From: Vicingaceae bacterium
Lineage (GTDB): Bacteria > Bacteroidota > Bacteroidia > Flavobacteriales_E > Vicingaceae
Assembly (NCBI GenBank): GCA_018402765.1
Contig: JAGYIE010000005.1
Location: 17,082-81,081, forward strand
Reading direction: 5' to 3'
DNA length: 64,000 nucleotides
The number at the start of each line of letters is the position of its first letter. Position 1 is the first letter of the stretch. Shown piece after piece: positions 61,119 through 64,000 of the stretch. A program made the position numbers and the translations under genes. Below the pieces are notes generated by a model, which did not search any database, was not told the origin of the DNA, and saw only the letters and a program-made list of their open reading frames with translations.

Positions 61119-61495
61119 TACAGAACGGCTATTGCAGAAATTTCAACATTTACTTTTTTCGGAAGACATGAAACTTCGACAGTTTCTCTTGCAGGAAAAT
61201 TTTCTGTAAAATAATTCGCATACACTTCATTGATCGCATCGAAGTTATTCATATCAGAAACAAAGATGCTACATTTTACAATATTTGAATAATCGGCACC
61301 TACTTCATTTAGGATAGCACCTAAATTATCCATCACTTTTTTGGTTTCTGTTTTTATGTCGCTCATCTCTAACTCACCTGTGTTAGCATCTAGTGCGATT
61401 TGCCCTGAAACATATAACGTATTTTCTACTAAAATTGCTTGGTTATATGGTCCTATAGGTGCAGGTGCGTTTGCCGAATTGATAATTCTTTTCAT
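61118..61495 (-). CDS. RidA/YjgF family enamine deaminase
   Basis: APAPIGPYNQA; YVSGQI; PARETVEVSCLPK.VNVEIS. Confidence 0.93.
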   Translation of the reverse strand: MKRIINSANAPAPIGPYNQAILVENTLYVSGQIALDANTGELEMSDIKTETKKVMDNLGAILNEVGADYSNIVKCSIFVSDMNNFDAINEVYANYFTENFPARETVEVSCLPKKVNVEISAIAVL

Positions 61496-61497
61496 GT

Positions 61498-64000
61498 TTA
61501 GTTTATTAAGTCGTAATAGTTTCTTCTTCTATTTAATTTTAGGTCTTGTAGCACAGATGCTTTTACGTTTATGGTTACATTATAACTTTTTTGGAATCCT
61601 AAAGGGATCCAGTTAAAGCTTAATTCCCAACAATGTAAGTCTCTGTAAATATTTACATTGGTATAAGTAATGTCCTTTCGTTCAAAATCATACCCTGAGT
61701 TGAAGTCTACTTTCCATTTATCCGTCAGCTTTAATTCTCCATTGAAGTTTAATGTTTGGGTAATCGTCTCTTCTAATAAAGGCTTACTGTAATTTATTAC
61801 ATAAGATACTCCAAAAGCCCAGGGCACATTAAAGTCAATATATTGATCAAGATTTCTATTGATATGGTCTAAATCGTCTTCTGATACTTTATCACTTTTC
61901 TTCTTCTTTGATTTGTCTCCTCCCCTAAATTGCATTTGAAAAGCCACGTTTCCATTGGTAAATCTGGTCAACTTGCCATTCTTGTCTAAATTTAGTTTGT
62001 TAATCCTTGTTTTTGTCTCTTTATCTAAAGCATATGGATCGAATGTTCCTGAAAAAGTAACGTTTAAAAAGTCATTAATTCGAGTTCTTCCATTTAATCG
62101 TATTGCATCCCACTTTAAGGAGTCTCGTTCAAAATCAATTCCTGTATTAAGTCCAAAATTGTCTAAAAGAGTTACCTTTTTTACAGCCATTCCTGTATCA
62201 CTTTTTGCAAGGACTTTCATTTCAACAATATTTAGTAAGTTGAAATTTAGTCTATTACTTCTATTTGTGTTAGGTCTGCCAAATATACCTGATTCATAAA
62301 TAGAATACTCTACTTCTTTTCCTGAGGTGTCTGTATATGACCTTAAACCATCTCTTACTTCAGGTGTAAAACTGTAGGACACTTGAGGCGTCATTACATG
62401 TCGAATAGCTTTAACTTTTCCTTTTTTAAATTGTGCTAAACCGTAGATTTTGGTTCCCAAGTTAGCAGAGAATTGGATGTTTCTAGAACTACTAAATCCT
62501 TGATTTGTATCAGTATCTAGCGATTGAATTAAATTTCCGTTTTCATCAGTAACCCCATTAGAGGTATTAAATTCTTTATTAATTGTTTTGAAGTACCAAA
62601 ATTCGTTGTAATTAAGCGTAGGTTGTAGCGTAAAATATTTACCAATTTTTGCAGATGTACTGATTGGAATACCATGCTTTACACCATTCCTCATTTCATT
62701 TGAAATAATATTATCCAGCTGATTAATTGAAATATTTGAATCGGCAACATTTAATGTGTTTCTAAAGTTACCTGAATAGGATAGTCCTATATTGCGTCCA
62801 ACATTATTTTTGGTACTATTCCCTTTAAATGGAAATATACGCGACATGTTAACGCCTACATTTGGAGCGGAAACAGAAACCTGTCGTGTCTGCGTGTTTT
62901 GGCTATGACTAGCTCCCACATTCATAGAGAACGGTGAGTTTGGAAACAATTTACTGTAGGTGATAGAAGATTGAAAATTGTTTGATAGATAATTATTTGG
63001 AGCACTATTCAGGTTGTTGGTAAAGTTGGTACTTGTGCCTGCCTGAACACTTGCTGAAAAATTACTATACGGTCTTGCTTTTGGATCTTGGGTGTGTCTC
63101 CAATTTACCCAAAACTCATTACTTTCAGTAAAAGTTGGGAATTCTCGATAACCATCTTTAATTGAAGAATAGGATAAGGACAAGTTACCAGAATGCGAGT
63201 ATCTTTTTCTATAACTTGATTCTATTCTACCTGAATAACTCCCTTTTGAGTAAATGTCCCCCGTTATTTTCAAATCTGCTCTTTCTCCAATAGAAAAGTA
63301 GTAACCCCCATCTTTTAGGAAGAATCCTAGACGCGGAGAATCTCCATAAGCTGGTATCAATATACCCGAAGATCTACCTTTTTTATTTGGAAACAGTCCA
63401 AATGGTAATCCTAGCGGTGTAGGAACTCCACCAACCTTCAGAATTGTAGGACCCGTAACAATCTTGTTATTTGGAATTACCTTTAATTTTGAAGTGGCAA
63501 GAGAATAGTGCGGTTCACCTAAATTACACGTGGTATAATATCCATCTTTTATATACAGCACATCGGTAGCTGTTTTTTTTACTTTATCTCCTTTAACGTA
63601 ACCTTCTCCTTCTTGAGTAGTTACTTCAGAAATAGTGCCTTTCTTTGTTTTGAAATTATAGGTCATTTCTGATGCACTGTAGGAAGAACCATTTTCGGTA
63701 AACTCGGGTGTTCCGGCAGGATTTCCCAATGAATCTTTTCCGCCTTTCGCAAAAACTAAATCTTTATTCAAGTCTACAATTATGGTATCTGCCGTTAAAC
63801 TAATTACGCCATAATAAACCTCTGCTGACCCAAAAAGATAGATTTTTTGAGTTAACAAATCCACTCGCATAGAATCTTTTGCCTTGTATTGAGTTTTGGT
63901 CTCGACAGCATCTTTCGAAATTGTGGTATCAATTTTGACCACCTCAGTCGAGTCTTTTGAAGGAAAGTCAGTAAATAGAGCGGTACTAGCAAATAAACCA
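61498..64000 (-). CDS. Putative LPS-assembly protein, LptD-like (5' end outside the window)
   Basis: frame stays open from 63942 to the window end; OstA-like N-terminal part, YTTC, C-terminal RDLHCWELSFNWIP barrel end. Confidence 0.85.
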   Translation of the reverse strand, partial: GLFASTALFTDFPSKDSTEVVKIDTTISKDAVETKTQYKAKDSMRVDLLTQKIYLFGSAEVYYGVISLTADTIIVDLNKDLVFAKGGKDSLGNPAGTPEFTENGSSYSASEMTYNFKTKKGTISEVTTQEGEGYVKGDKVKKTATDVLYIKDGYYTTCNLGEPHYSLATSKLKVIPNNKIVTGPTILKVGGVPTPLGLPFGLFPNKKGRSSGILIPAYGDSPRLGFFLKDGGYYFSIGERADLKITGDIYSKGSYSGRIESSYRKRYSHSGNLSLSYSSIKDGYREFPTFTESNEFWVNWRHTQDPKARPYSNFSASVQAGTSTNFTNNLNSAPNNYLSNNFQSSITYSKLFPNSPFSMNVGASHSQNTQTRQVSVSAPNVGVNMSRIFPFKGNSTKNNVGRNIGLSYSGNFRNTLNVADSNISINQLDNIISNEMRNGVKHGIPISTSAKIGKYFTLQPTLNYNEFWYFKTINKEFNTSNGVTDENGNLIQSLDTDTNQGFSSSRNIQFSANLGTKIYGLAQFKKGKVKAIRHVMTPQVSYSFTPEVRDGLRSYTDTSGKEVEYSIYESGIFGRPNTNRSNRLNFNLLNIVEMKVLAKSDTGMAVKKVTLLDNFGLNTGIDFERDSLKWDAIRLNGRTRINDFLNVTFSGTFDPYALDKETKTRINKLNLDKNGKLTRFTNGNVAFQMQFRGGDKSKKKKSDKVSEDDLDHINRNLDQYIDFNVPWAFGVSYVINYSKPLLEETITQTLNFNGELKLTDKWKVDFNSGYDFERKDITYTNVNIYRDLHCWELSFNWIPLGFQKSYNVTINVKASVLQDLKLNRRRNYYDLIN

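Noticed and set aside
18914-62299. Other short antisense or nested track ORFs (e.g. 18914, 22943, 29259, 33352, 34604, 41466, 45225, 46192, 52518, 54974, 56312, 61955)
   Set aside because: Wholly or mostly overlap confident genes and show no independent coding features
1-64000. CRISPR arrays, tRNA or rRNA genes, transposases
   Set aside because: No regularly spaced repeats, tRNA cloverleafs other than the tmRNA ends, rRNA signatures or transposase motifs were seen on reading

Overview
AT-rich Bacteroidota DNA, probably Flavobacteriales. The evidence is TAnnTTTG -7 promoter elements, a tmRNA tag GENNYALAA, a short primary-type sigma70 and the rpsO-pnp-rpoD-rpe gene order. Bases 1-22093 hold an apparently intact Afp/PVC-type extracellular contractile injection system (eCIS) that continues off the left edge: cap, sheath, two tubes, DUF5908, LysM hub, VgrG spike, gp25, two baseplate proteins and a fibre. 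The main candidate for an undescribed system is the set of genes attached to it. A tightly coupled envelope module (dead PLD-Ig protein, DUF4407, orphan lipoprotein, doubly anchored GH18 with an altered catalytic motif, 2-TM peptide) runs straight into the cap genes. Divergently transcribed from it is an effector-less nSTAND1 NTPase-TM-beta-propeller gene coupled to a DUF4280 PAAR-like tip gene. A 19-bp intrinsic terminator after the major tube gene shares its 5' arm with an alternative stem that would cover the next gene's initiation region. Bases 22096-64000 are mostly ordinary: AraC/SDR/MBL and MarR/RND modules, a zinc metalloprotease, ssrA with gene scars, core housekeeping genes, lon, a ccm operon, gpx-bshB1 and a partial LptD-like gene. 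Family calls come from motif recognition by eye; no database searches were run.
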